A DNA stretch of 62,844 nt, counting the filler, from Candidatus Ancaeobacter aquaticus (GTDB lineage: Bacteria; Auribacterota; Ancaeobacteria; Ancaeobacterales; Ancaeobacteraceae): NCBI GenBank assembly GCA_030765405.1. It is 5 parts of 5 records of this genome, joined end to end, with 100 filler letters (N's around TTAATTAATTAA, not from the genome) between each part and the next. Parts side by side here need not be neighbours in the genome. Positions count along the whole stretch, not along the records: positions 38,960 to 53,224 come from JAVCCP010000026.1; positions 53,325 to 62,844 come from JAVCCP010000064.1; 3 more parts are not named here. One strand, written 5' to 3'. The notes beneath the pieces are model-generated. The model searched no databases. It was not told the DNA's origin and was given only the letters and a program-made list of their open reading frames with translations. The position numbers and the translations under genes were made by a program. This document shows, piece after piece, positions 50,324 through 60,294 of this stretch (its first letter is position 1; each line of letters opens with the position of its first letter).

Positions 50324-50331
50324 TATATGTA

Positions 50332-51258
50332 TTATTCTATTGTAAAATGAGAAAACAGCTGGTGAATTTCTTTGAGAAACTCTGGAGTGTTTTCCATACA
50401 ATCGTGTCGGGCGTTTTCAATGTGTCTCACATGAACATGCTTGTTCCCTGCCTCATGCGCAATACTGGCCAGTTTATCAGGTTCCCAATCCTCAACCAGA
50501 AAATCGCCATCGCCTCGTACCATAAGAACGGGATACGGCACTTTATGCATATTTTTGTAGGCCATTGCGTTATACGCCTCAGGACCTGCCATGTGCCACC
50601 ATGTCTTATACGTAAATATTTCGCTGTTTATAGGCTCACGTGTCGGGCCTCGTGACTGATACACTATGAATGTCTCATCATTGGGGCTATTGTACGGATC
50701 CGGACCTAAGATTTCTTTCGCTCTTTGATACACTTCGTCATACGTCGGAGAGCTTCCCCATTTATCAAAATCTTTTTTCCATGAATCAGGTATCGAATAA
50801 TGGCTTCCCTCAAGAATAAGCCCTTTAACGTTTTTGTTCTCTCTTTTCGATGCCCAGTGAACAAGCATGCTCGCACCCAAACTATATCCAAGAATATAAA
50901 TATTTTCAAATCCTGATATTGTAAGAAACTCAACCGCCACATCAATATCATGAATGGTATCATCAAATATGCCTGTGCCTACGATCTGTCCTGCATAGGC
51001 AAGCCGTGTATTAATGGTAAGCGAACTCACTCCGCGAGCAGCGAGCTCATGCGGCAACAGGCGCGGTGTTCCCCGAGCAAGAAAATGCCCTAAAAGACCC
51101 GGTATTTGAATAACAATAGGAACAGCCAATATGTCTCTTAGTTTTTCATATTTCCTTGTTACGAGAAGAGAGCTTACCGAAAAGCGATCCCTTGCCTTAA
51201 ACCGTATCAAACTCATTTCTTCTTTTGATCCAATATCCTGCACAATATCCCTCTTCAT
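50332..51258 (-). CDS. Alpha/beta-hydrolase fold protein with intact triad
   Basis: GYSLG nucleophile elbow, RGDGD acid, ARHD histidine. Confidence 0.75.
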   Translation of the reverse strand: MKRDIVQDIGSKEEMSLIRFKARDRFSVSSLLVTRKYEKLRDILAVPIVIQIPGLLGHFLARGTPRLLPHELAARGVSSLTINTRLAYAGQIVGTGIFDDTIHDIDVAVEFLTISGFENIYILGYSLGASMLVHWASKRENKNVKGLILEGSHYSIPDSWKKDFDKWGSSPTYDEVYQRAKEILGPDPYNSPNDETFIVYQSRGPTREPINSEIFTYKTWWHMAGPEAYNAMAYKNMHKVPYPVLMVRGDGDFLVEDWEPDKLASIAHEAGNKHVHVRHIENARHDCMENTPEFLKEIHQLFSHFTIE

Positions 51259-52151
51259 TACTTATATTTTTCATTTATCCATTTCACAACAGCCTCACCA
51301 AGCTCGTGGTGTTTACCGTTAAACATATGATCGGCATCAAAGCAAATCCTGGTAATATCCTTATGCCCGGAATCCTTAGCTACAGTAATTAGATCTTCGT
51401 TTTCGTGCCGACACACAATTGTATCTTTTAATCCGCGCACAAGTAGCGTAGGCACTGTCACCTTACCGATATGTTTATACACTTCAGTCCCTTCGGCTTC
51501 AGGACCCACCATTGACCACCATGTTTTATATGTATACACTTCTGTATCCTTCGGCAATAGTGTCGGACCATTAGCTCTTTGAACGAGAAATATCTTATCA
51601 TGAAGAGGTTCTTTTCCGGTTTCAATAAAACACACTTTTTTCGCTTTTTCATATATATCAGCATATGACGGATTGCTCTGATTTTCTTCCCATCTGTGCT
51701 TCACTGTATCAGGAAGAGAGTATGGAGTTCCAATACCTATGACACCCACAATAGCCTTATTATCCTGCCGCGTCGACGCGTAACGTATAGCCATGCACGC
51801 ACCAAGACCGTGGCCGGCAACGACAATCTTTTTATATCCAATCTTTTTAAGATACTCGCATGCAGCATCGATCTGCACCATAGTATTCTCAAAGATACCA
51901 AAACCAAAAAACATGCCAAGATTTGCCAGAAGCGTATTCATCGTCAAAGATGAATATCCATGATTTGCTAAAATATGTGGAAGATAATGTTCGCTTTCAT
52001 CAAGCAAATTACCGAGTGTTCCGTGAAGGCGCAAAACAACAGGTTGTTGGTAATGTTCTTTATCGGTAGCACAGTTATAGAAATGTGCATCGATCTTATG
52101 ATGATTGTAAGGAATCGAGATAATTGCCCCTGAACATATTTCTATTTCCAT
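51258..52151 (-). CDS. Alpha/beta-hydrolase fold paralog lacking the nucleophile
   Basis: GHGLG in place of GxSxG; shares the YTYKTWW.M.GPEA block with its neighbour. Confidence 0.75.
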   Translation of the reverse strand: MEIEICSGAIISIPYNHHKIDAHFYNCATDKEHYQQPVVLRLHGTLGNLLDESEHYLPHILANHGYSSLTMNTLLANLGMFFGFGIFENTMVQIDAACEYLKKIGYKKIVVAGHGLGACMAIRYASTRQDNKAIVGVIGIGTPYSLPDTVKHRWEENQSNPSYADIYEKAKKVCFIETGKEPLHDKIFLVQRANGPTLLPKDTEVYTYKTWWSMVGPEAEGTEVYKHIGKVTVPTLLVRGLKDTIVCRHENEDLITVAKDSGHKDITRICFDADHMFNGKHHELGEAVVKWINEKYK

Positions 52152-52219
52152 AAAAATTCCTCAAAAATATATTATTATGAATATCTACAAGATAAGAATA
52201 TCAAAACACACGTGCATGC

Positions 52220-53005
52220 TCAATCAAAATGAGCATTAATCCACTCAATTATTTTAGGACAAAAATCTTTCTTATGTTTACTTAATCCATGGTCTGCATT
52301 CTTTATCGATATAAATTTTCCCTTTGTATGTTTCCTACCATAGTGTTCGCTCACACTGTGCGGCACCATACTGTCTTTATCACCATGAATGATAAGGCAC
52401 GGCACGCCAACACAAAGAAGTGTTTCAGCTGGTTTGTGCTTGTGTTTTCTAAGCTCTTTGATCATTTCGTAACTCACTTCATATTCACCAAGCTGTACTG
52501 AACCGCGTTTTTTCGCGCCCGCTAGCGCTTCGGAATGAAACCATTTTCTAGCCCATTTAGTTTCCGGTTCAAGAAACGTCCTCCGATAATCAAGTACCGG
52601 ACAAAGCAAAGTCATACTTTTTATGTATGTACGATATTTTTTTAAACTAAGAAGTGCTATACCTGCACCAAAGCTGGTAGCTACAACAGCGCATTTTTTG
52701 TAACCCTGTTTTTTGAGATAGGCAATAACCGCACTAAGGTCGCTCTTTTCACCCTTTATAGTAACGTCACTAAACGCGCCTGAACTCTGACCATGTCCCC
52801 TAAAATCAAAACGTAGGCTTGCATGCTCTTCACTCGCACATAATCGCGACAAGTATGAGTATGTTCCCCCTTCTTCTTTATTCGCCGTAATGCCATGAGC
52901 CATAATAACGACTGTATCAGTTTTCTTCTCAGGAAGAGTAAGGATAGCTGATAGGGTTACCTCATCAGTTGATTGTATCGTAATATGTTTTTCATATTTT
53001 TTCAT
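52220..53005 (-). CDS. Alpha/beta hydrolase
   Basis: MAHG, FDFRGHGQS, TSFG, IHGDKD, ADH; ATG 53005 lies downstream of the terminator hairpin. Confidence 0.88.
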   Translation of the reverse strand: MKKYEKHITIQSTDEVTLSAILTLPEKKTDTVVIMAHGITANKEEGGTYSYLSRLCASEEHASLRFDFRGHGQSSGAFSDVTIKGEKSDLSAVIAYLKKQGYKKCAVVATSFGAGIALLSLKKYRTYIKSMTLLCPVLDYRRTFLEPETKWARKWFHSEALAGAKKRGSVQLGEYEVSYEMIKELRKHKHKPAETLLCVGVPCLIIHGDKDSMVPHSVSEHYGRKHTKGKFISIKNADHGLSKHKKDFCPKIIEWINAHFD

Positions 53006-53023
53006 ACATAAACCCAAACAGCA

Positions 53024-53049
53024 AAACGGCCCGTACATTCGGGCCGTTT
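53024..53049 (-). terminator. Intrinsic terminator-like hairpin
   Basis: AAACGGCCCG-6 nt-CGGGCCGTTT followed by a T-rich tract on the minus strand. Confidence 0.6.
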
Positions 53050-53224
53050 ACTTAATCATTGATTATGCAATCCCTGTATGAAACAGAGTGATAGTTTTCC
53101 TTCAATCTAGAAATCTCGTGGAGATTTCTTTGCTCGCATTCACTGCGCTCATCCCCCCTAGATTTTCTCGGATAAATCCTCCAAAATCGTAAAGCAGGGA
53201 TTCATGTCCCTTTTTTCAATCTAG

Positions 53225-53324
53225 NNNNNNNNNNNNNNNNNNNNNNNNNNNNNNNNNNNNNNNNNNNNTTAATTAATTAANNNNNNNNNNNNNNNNNNNN
53301 NNNNNNNNNNNNNNNNNNNNNNNN
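53225..53324. other. Artificial contig linker
   Basis: N44-TTAATTAATTAA-N44. Confidence 0.97.
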
Positions 53325-53496
53325 CCTAAACAATAAAAGCATCGAAGGTGCCTTCGGCACTTTTACTTTCCTGCTATCAACATCATTAACCTTGAGCCTA
53401 AACAATAAAAGCATCGAAGGTGCCTTCGGCACTTTTACTTTCCTGCTACCAACATCATTAACCTTGAGCCTAAACAATAAAAGCATCGAAGATGCC
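53325..53496. repeat. 72-bp tandem repeat (2 full units plus a partial)
   Basis: Units 53325-53396 and 53397-53468 differ by one base; partial third unit. Confidence 0.92.
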
Positions 53497-53544
53497 GTAG
53501 ATGCCGTAGATGTTGAAGATGCTATTGAAAACGAGTTTCAATAA
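53326..53544 (+). CDS. 3' end of a 24-aa-repeat, LRR-like protein (cut by gap)
   Basis: LNNKSIEGAFGTFTFLL(S/P)TSLTLS repeated in an open frame ending DAVDAVDVEDAIENEFQ*. Confidence 0.45.
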   Translation, partial: LNNKSIEGAFGTFTFLLSTSLTLSLNNKSIEGAFGTFTFLLPTSLTLSLNNKSIEDAVDAVDVEDAIENEFQ

Positions 53545-53668
53545 TCACACAGAGGGGTATTTCTGTCAATATTTAGTTTGATTAGTTGGTAACAAGTAAA
53601 AAAACATGGGGACAAGGAAAGATTCGCAGGACTGAAGCCCTGCCCTACATAATCCCTTTTACTCAAGG

Positions 53669-54274
53669 TTAGGATAATTCTTTGCGACCTTCCATTGCAC
53701 GGGTAATGGTAATATCATTGGCAAATTCTAGTGAACCGCCAACAGGTAGTCCGTATGCTATACGAGATACGATCAGATCATTACTATTATTCTTTAATAC
53801 TTTTGCTAGGTACAATGCTGTTGCTTCACCTTCAATATCTGCTCCGGTCGCAATAATTACTTCTCTTGGTTTCGTGGAATTAATGCGACAAACAAGTTGA
53901 TCGATCTTTATGTGTTCAGGACCGATACCTTTTAAGGGAGATATCTTCCCCATAAGAACATGATATACACCTGCAAAACTCCTTGTACGCTCTAAAGCGA
54001 TAATATCTTTTGTGTCTTCTACAACACATAGCTTTTCTTTATCTCGTACAGGATCAGTACATATCATACAGGGATCAACTTCACTGATATTGTTACACTG
54101 TGAACATTGACAGATTTTTTCTTTTACATCGGTTATTGCATCAGATAATCGTTCAGCTTGTTCTTTTGAAGTATCATTAATAAAGAGTGCTAACCGTTCA
54201 GCAGTTCTATTACCTATGCCGGGAAGTTTCCCAAACTCTTCAATAAGTTTTGTAATCGATTCAGGATAAATCAT
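53669..54274 (-). CDS. recR: Recombination mediator RecR
   Basis: LPGIGNRTAERL, C4 zinc finger, EGEATA. Confidence 0.97.
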   Translation of the reverse strand: MIYPESITKLIEEFGKLPGIGNRTAERLALFINDTSKEQAERLSDAITDVKEKICQCSQCNNISEVDPCMICTDPVRDKEKLCVVEDTKDIIALERTRSFAGVYHVLMGKISPLKGIGPEHIKIDQLVCRINSTKPREVIIATGADIEGEATALYLAKVLKNNSNDLIVSRIAYGLPVGGSLEFANDITITRAMEGRKELS

Positions 54275-54366
54275 GAGCTTCGCTCACTTTACTTTTTTAA
54301 TATTATTTGTTCTCAGTGTTCGGTTATCGCAAAACGATTTCAATATTAATAATAAAACTGATCGCG

Positions 54367-54672
54367 TCAGCCACCAAAACCAGGTAGGTTAATACCGGTC
54401 ATGCTTTTCATCTCGTTTTGAGCTATTTTCTTTGCACCGTTTAATGCAATGTTTGTAGCAGTTTTAACCTGCTCACCAATTTTTTTAGCGTTACCAGCTA
54501 CTAAAAGGCTCTCATCAATCTCAATACTCGTTATTTTTTGGTCGCCGGTCGCTTTAACCTTAACGCCTGATGCGTTACCTTCTGCTTCAATTTGTCCAAG
54601 CACTTTTTGTACTTTTTTCATTTCTCCACGCATCTTAAATGCATCTTTCATCATATCTGCCATTCCAGCCAT
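54367..54672 (-). CDS. ebfC: YbaB/EbfC nucleoid-associated protein
   Basis: ~100 aa between dnaX and recR; characteristic topology. Confidence 0.88.
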   Translation of the reverse strand: MAGMADMMKDAFKMRGEMKKVQKVLGQIEAEGNASGVKVKATGDQKITSIEIDESLLVAGNAKKIGEQVKTATNIALNGAKKIAQNEMKSMTGINLPGFGG

Positions 54673-54748
54673 CTTATTCCTCCTTCTTAATTCTGATTGT
54701 GTTTACAATTACAATTGTTATTAATTAAACGTAGCGAAGCTACCGAAG

Positions 54749-56473
54749 TCACTCTTTTTTGACTTTTACTACTTTACCTTCAAAAATATCTAATACTTCT
54801 TTTACGTGAGGATGATTAACGATTTCTGCATCTTTCACATCCGGGGCAGGTTTATTCGAAGCCGCACCTGCAACATATCGTTTTTTAGCACCGGTAGTGA
54901 CTTTTTCTTTTTCATATTCGATAAGGTCAAGATGTAACCGTATACGATGCCCCAATTTATCAGATAGTTTTTTCTGCACTAAAGCAAGGTTCTTCTGGTC
55001 GGACAGGGCCTCTTTATGAAAAATATTCTCGTGGGTGAACCCAACCATAAGTGTCCCGTCCTCAAAACCCAAGACTTTACCTTCAGTAAGAAATGTCTTT
55101 AATATCGGATGCTCTTTCGCAAATTCTTTTACTACCTGTTCCCACACATCGTGAATAATAAGCATATCAACATCTGGAGCAATAGACATTTCACCAGTTG
55201 TATTTGGATCCTGTTTAGCCGGTGTTTCTAAATACTCTTTTTCTGCACGAACAATGGTTGATGGACGTTTCTCTTTTGGAGGCACTGCTTGAGATATTGG
55301 GGGCATCTCTTTTATCGCTGTTTGTATCGGCAATGATTTTGATAGATTTTCTACTTTATCTATTAATTCAGTAATTGAAAGTTTACCTCTCATATGCGCC
55401 ATTCTGATAAGTAGCATTTCAACGAGTACACGCATTGATATTGTACGCTTTATTTCTGATTCTGTTCGAGAACACAACTCGGTAATAGCGCACAATTCAC
55501 CTTCAGAAAAAAGTTTTTCCTGCACAGTTAATTTCGCTAATGTTTCACGCGGCGCATCAAAAAGCGATGTATTGTTTTTTGATATTTTTAAGACCATCAG
55601 TTTTCTAAAGTGATCGGTAAGACCAACAAGAAATTTTCCGAGATCTTTACCTTCTTCAATAACATTTTTTACAAGCTGAAGGCACGCATTACAATCACTT
55701 TTACTCACACTATCAGCAACATCAAAATATATATCTTCTTCAACAAGACCAAGAACTTCTGAGACATGTTCATAAGCAATTTCCTTACCGCAAAACGAAA
55801 ACAACTGTTCAAGTACTGATTCAGAGTCACGCATACTTCCTAACCCTGCACGTGCAATAGCCCCGAGCGATCCTTCATCTATCGCAACACCTTCAGTTTT
55901 CGTTATCATTGAAAGTCGTGCAACAATATCTTTTTGCGTAATACGTCTCAGTTCAAACTTTTGACATCGTGAAAGAATTGTTGCGGGAAGTTTTTCGCGT
56001 TCGGTTGTTGCAAAGAAAAACTTTACATGTGAAGGTGGTTCTTCAAGTGTTTTTAATAGCGCATTAAAAGCCGCTGTCGAAAGCATATGCACTTCATCAA
56101 TGATATAAATCTTATATTTACACATTGCCGGCGAATACTGAACATTTTCTTTTATATCCCTGATGTGATCAACACCGGTATTTGACGCACCATCAATCTC
56201 CAACACATCCATTGATGAACCTTGAGCAATTTCTACGCAGTTTGGACAAGTACCACACGGATTTTCTGTCGGCCCGTCTTTACAATTTAACGCTTTAGCA
56301 AAAACACGTGCTATGGTTGTTTTACCAATACCGCGAGGACCGGAAAAAAGATATGCATGCGCAATACGATTCATTTTAATCGCATTTTTGAGCGTTTGAA
56401 CAATCGCACCCTGCCCAACAATATCTTGAAACTTCTGTGGACGAAACCGTCGTGCAACTACCTGATAATCCAT
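54749..56473 (-). CDS. dnaX: DNA polymerase III gamma/tau
   Basis: ARRFRPQKF, GPRGIGKT, IIDEVHML, TILSRC. Confidence 0.97.
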   Translation of the reverse strand: MDYQVVARRFRPQKFQDIVGQGAIVQTLKNAIKMNRIAHAYLFSGPRGIGKTTIARVFAKALNCKDGPTENPCGTCPNCVEIAQGSSMDVLEIDGASNTGVDHIRDIKENVQYSPAMCKYKIYIIDEVHMLSTAAFNALLKTLEEPPSHVKFFFATTEREKLPATILSRCQKFELRRITQKDIVARLSMITKTEGVAIDEGSLGAIARAGLGSMRDSESVLEQLFSFCGKEIAYEHVSEVLGLVEEDIYFDVADSVSKSDCNACLQLVKNVIEEGKDLGKFLVGLTDHFRKLMVLKISKNNTSLFDAPRETLAKLTVQEKLFSEGELCAITELCSRTESEIKRTISMRVLVEMLLIRMAHMRGKLSITELIDKVENLSKSLPIQTAIKEMPPISQAVPPKEKRPSTIVRAEKEYLETPAKQDPNTTGEMSIAPDVDMLIIHDVWEQVVKEFAKEHPILKTFLTEGKVLGFEDGTLMVGFTHENIFHKEALSDQKNLALVQKKLSDKLGHRIRLHLDLIEYEKEKVTTGAKKRYVAGAASNKPAPDVKDAEIVNHPHVKEVLDIFEGKVVKVKKE

Positions 56474-56619
56474 CGTGTTCCCTCTTTACTCTCTATAATA
56501 AAAATCCTCTCATGAAAAGAGGATAGTAGGCATGTATTGACCCTCTACCTGTATTGTGGAAAAAATTACCCTCTTTGTCAAAAGAATTCTTTTTAAAACA
56601 AATTTGTGTTCCTAAACGA

Positions 56620-58068
56620 CTATTTCACCGTTGTCTTCTGCTGTTTTGGCGCGGTTGTACAAGTGTTTTTTGAAGGACATTTACCTGTCCAGCAATAGGT
56701 ACACACCTTATCTTCAGGAAGCCCGACAGCATCAAGCATATCTTCAAGTGTCTGATACCTGATTGTCGTCGCCTTAATATCTTCTGTTATCCACTCGACC
56801 ATTTTCTTATGTTTCTCAGTTGTCGGATCAATATATTCTGACACATCAGCTATATCCTGCCCTTCAATACTTCTTATAGCTTTACGTGCAACAAGCTCGT
56901 GTATCGTACGTGTCGACAAACAAAATTTACACGGATACAAAAGAGGAGGACATGCCGAACGAACATGTATTTCTTTTGCACCGCATTGCTTTAGTTTATT
57001 TATCGTAAAGTTTTTGAGTTGCGTACCACGAACAATAGAGTCTTCACATATTACTATTCTGTTACCATCAATAATCTCTTTAATTGGTATCAATTTCATT
57101 GTTGCAATAAGATCACGTTTTTCCTGTAGAGGCGGAGTATAGCTTCTTCCATACCCGGGCGTATATTTTACGAGCGGCCGGCGATACGGTTTACCTGATT
57201 CCATTGCATACCCTATTGCATGAGCGAGTCCCGAGTCAGGTATCCCTGCAACAACATCTACTTCAATATCTTTATCTCGACGAGCAAGACTTTTCCCGCA
57301 TCGTTCTCTAACGACCTCAGTATTAATCCCTTCATAATCAGAAGCAGGAAACCCGGCATAGATCCATAAGAACGTACAGACCTGATTAATGCTTTCACCT
57401 TGTTTCTTTTGCACAAGACCGTCTTCACTGATAAGCACAATTTCACCTGGCTCAAGAAACTTTTCGGTTTTAAACCCTATATTTGTAAACGCGCTAGTTT
57501 CAGATGTCACTGCGTAGGCGTCTTCTCTCGAACCGATAATAAGCGGTGTATACCCTCTTTTGTCACGTGCAGCATATATACCGTCTTTATGTAAAAGCAA
57601 CATTGAGCATGATCCCTCTATTGCTTCAAACACCTTTTCAATACCATTAATTATGTCACTACCAACAGTAATTATTTTTGCGATAAGCTCAGTAACATTA
57701 ACACCGCTTTTACTCATCTCGCTAAACGAATGTCCCTGCTGCATAAGTTTGTTTGCAAGTTCATCACTGTTTTCGATCAATCCGCTTGTCACAATGCAAA
57801 ACGGACCGAACTTTGAATTAATATACATCGGCTGTTCATTACTATCTGAAATAACGCCGATACCTTTTTTACCGGTCATACATTTTGTATCTTCATAAAA
57901 CTTTGATTTAAACTGACTATAGCTGATATTATGAATTTGTCTTTGAAACGTCTCACCTAAAATTGCCATACCGCCAAATTCTGTACCTAAATGAGAATGA
58001 TAATCTGTCCCATACAGTAATATTTCTGAACAATCACCTTTTGATACAACACCAAATACACCACTCAT
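56620..58068 (-). CDS. purF: Amidophosphoribosyltransferase homolog lacking the N-terminal Cys
   Basis: MSGVFG start, PDSG, CEDSIVRGT PRPP loop, CTYCW Fe-S ligands. Confidence 0.8.
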   Translation of the reverse strand: MSGVFGVVSKGDCSEILLYGTDYHSHLGTEFGGMAILGETFQRQIHNISYSQFKSKFYEDTKCMTGKKGIGVISDSNEQPMYINSKFGPFCIVTSGLIENSDELANKLMQQGHSFSEMSKSGVNVTELIAKIITVGSDIINGIEKVFEAIEGSCSMLLLHKDGIYAARDKRGYTPLIIGSREDAYAVTSETSAFTNIGFKTEKFLEPGEIVLISEDGLVQKKQGESINQVCTFLWIYAGFPASDYEGINTEVVRERCGKSLARRDKDIEVDVVAGIPDSGLAHAIGYAMESGKPYRRPLVKYTPGYGRSYTPPLQEKRDLIATMKLIPIKEIIDGNRIVICEDSIVRGTQLKNFTINKLKQCGAKEIHVRSACPPLLYPCKFCLSTRTIHELVARKAIRSIEGQDIADVSEYIDPTTEKHKKMVEWITEDIKATTIRYQTLEDMLDAVGLPEDKVCTYCWTGKCPSKNTCTTAPKQQKTTVK

Positions 58069-58125
58069 ACTATCCTCCATTAGTCTTATTCGCACTACAG
58101 CGTACGATCTATATTTAAAAAATTA

Positions 58126-58785
58126 TTAGATGCCCTCAAATTCTTTCGGGTCGGTATTTTCGATATCGTAGAGTCTCCAGCTTCTATCGGTAAAATGCCA
58201 CCATTCAGTTTCGTGCGGGATGAAACCACATCGTATCATTGTCCGAACCAAAAGTATCCTATTATTAATGACATTTTCAGGTAAATCCGTACATGATAGA
58301 TGTGCTTTTTGGGTAAAATCATCAAATTCTGTACCCATAGGAACTTCTTTACCGTCGGGTGTAACGAGAGTTACATCAACGGCTGCCCCCCGGTTATGAA
58401 ATGACCCTTTTGCGGGATCAGCGACATAATTCAGGTCAGGAAACATTTTCCAAAGCTTCTTCTGAACATACAGCGGCCGATATCCATCAAATATCTTTAG
58501 TCCAAACCCCTTTTTCTTAAGAATATAGTGCACTTCTTGCAATTTGTATGCTGTCCCACGTCTCAAATAACAGGTATCTGTTGCATACAATACTTGATGG
58601 GTAAAATTATCTTTTGTGGCATATTTCAAATCAACAATAATAGAAGGGATAACACTTTGAACATTTACGAAATCTGTTTTCTTTGGAAGAGGATTGATAG
58701 CACATGAACTAACACAAACACTTATTGCTATACATAAACAAGAAATAATAAAACGCATATTGTTACTAACAACCCTTAAATTCAT
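58126..58785 (-). CDS. ddpX: D-Ala-D-Ala dipeptidase (M15D), probable lipoprotein
   Basis: DGYRP, SFHNRGAAVDVT, EWWHF. Confidence 0.9.
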   Translation of the reverse strand: MNLRVVSNNMRFIISCLCIAISVCVSSCAINPLPKKTDFVNVQSVIPSIIVDLKYATKDNFTHQVLYATDTCYLRRGTAYKLQEVHYILKKKGFGLKIFDGYRPLYVQKKLWKMFPDLNYVADPAKGSFHNRGAAVDVTLVTPDGKEVPMGTEFDDFTQKAHLSCTDLPENVINNRILLVRTMIRCGFIPHETEWWHFTDRSWRLYDIENTDPKEFEGI

Positions 58786-58845
58786 ATTTCACATAAAGAC
58801 ACAATGTGCCCATCATTATTTGATGAGCACATAGCCTATTACTGG

Positions 58846-59283
58846 TTATTCATCTGGAGTATACACAACTGGCTCCATACTTCCAGGTATCATATATTCT
58901 ATTACTTGAGGTGTTGCTTTTAAAACAACATAGTTTGGATCATCCGGACCTGAAAAGAAATTTTTTAACACATCCTGCCATACTTTATTCTTCGAATCAG
59001 CATCATCGAGAATCTCACCTGTAGCAACAATATTTACATATGGTATCATCCAATTATTTGGATCACCACCAGCGGTAATATGCACACTATTATTATTCTT
59101 TATCTGTAAGACTTTACGTGACTGTGCAAATGTTGGCGCATAACAACAGAGATCATCATCTATTTGTATACCCATATATCTCACCCACGGCTTACCGTTT
59201 TCTAATGTCGCAACGGCTGCAAGATGATTACTATCAACTACTTCTTTGATCTTAGTCTTTAACTCTGCTTTATCCATGTTCAT
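58846..59283 (-). CDS. Pyridoxamine 5'-phosphate oxidase-like FMN-binding protein
   Basis: ATLENGKPWVRYM, SRKVLQIKNN, GPDDPNYVVL. Confidence 0.85.
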   Translation of the reverse strand: MNMDKAELKTKIKEVVDSNHLAAVATLENGKPWVRYMGIQIDDDLCCYAPTFAQSRKVLQIKNNNSVHITAGGDPNNWMIPYVNIVATGEILDDADSKNKVWQDVLKNFFSGPDDPNYVVLKATPQVIEYMIPGSMEPVVYTPDE

Positions 59284-59549
59284 TCCTCCTCATTACCATT
59301 TTCGGCTATCTCAGCATCATCCATATCAATTTTTTCATCCATAACATTTTGCGCCCGCGCAATATCTGACTCACGCACCTGCAACTTTATAAACCCTACA
59401 GCAGGCGATAAAAACCAATTCAGCCCAACAATATTCTCATCCGCGAGGAAACACTCTATACCAGCCGCCTCAAGTTTTGATTTATACATATGGGCTTCAA
59501 ACGATTTATCGAAAGTAGCAATTGTAACAAGTTCGTCAGACATATACAC
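59280..59549 (-). CDS. DUF2007-like putative signal-transducing protein
   Basis: EAHMYKSKLEAAGIECF, IKLQVRESD. Confidence 0.8.
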   Translation of the reverse strand: MYMSDELVTIATFDKSFEAHMYKSKLEAAGIECFLADENIVGLNWFLSPAVGFIKLQVRESDIARAQNVMDEKIDMDDAEIAENGNEEE

Positions 59550-59597
59550 ACCTATTAAGGGTTAAGAAACAATAATATACCTAAAAAACCTTATGTA

Positions 59598-60257
59598 TTA
59601 GGCTTGCTCCGCAGGCGCATCTTCAACCGATTGAACGGTTTGAGACGGGGCATCCTCTTTCACTAATTGCCTATACACATACGCCATTGCAACCATTGTC
59701 GTCGGTGCTGTAACAAAAAGACCGATCCCCAAACATAACGCACCAATAATATTAATAATCCCCAATACGATAATAAAAACAAACAAGTCAAAACGCGCAC
59801 CTTTTGTTATCGCGGCACTTTTTTTGAGTGATTCAATCGGCCCCATATTTTTATCAACGATCAGATAGGTAAAAAACATGCATGCAATAGCAACGATAAT
59901 ACCAGGAACAATTAACAGGATAAAGCCAATTGTTACGAGTATCATAAAGACAATTGACGCAGCGGCATAATTAATGAATAGTGACCCACATGATAATAGT
60001 TCACCAAAAGACACCTTAACTCCGTCACACATACCGAGAGCAATCTTAATAAACCATATACCGATCATAATATTAACCAGAAAAGAAGCAACTTGCCATA
60101 CAATAGAAAGAGATGGGACCAGGCCTTCAAGTATACTTAATATAACACTCGGCAGCACCGCAACAATGATAACACCAACAAAGTACAGCAGATTGTCTTT
60201 CATTGCATTCCAACCAAACTGCAGGGCATCACCCAATGAAAATTTTGTTTCAGCCAT
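59598..60257 (-). CDS. Integral membrane protein
   Basis: Multiple TM segments, LLIVPGII, GPIESLKKS. Confidence 0.75.
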   Translation of the reverse strand: MAETKFSLGDALQFGWNAMKDNLLYFVGVIIVAVLPSVILSILEGLVPSLSIVWQVASFLVNIMIGIWFIKIALGMCDGVKVSFGELLSCGSLFINYAAASIVFMILVTIGFILLIVPGIIVAIACMFFTYLIVDKNMGPIESLKKSAAITKGARFDLFVFIIVLGIINIIGALCLGIGLFVTAPTTMVAMAYVYRQLVKEDAPSQTVQSVEDAPAEQA

Positions 60258-60294
60258 ATGTTGCTCCTTTCATATGGAGTTATTAATATTACTA

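Noticed and set aside
53277..53486. Minus-strand repeat ORF MLLLFRLKVND...
   Set aside because: No RBS and it runs into the gap; the plus frame ending in a normal stop looks more protein-like, though this is not certain.
53325..53496. 72-bp tandem repeat as CRISPR
   Set aside because: Units are contiguous and near-identical with no unique spacers, and they keep an open reading frame.
56474..56619. SRP RNA (ffs) or tRNA-Ser expected upstream of dnaX
   Set aside because: No SRP or tRNA consensus seen; only an ATCCTCT/AGAGGAT hairpin.
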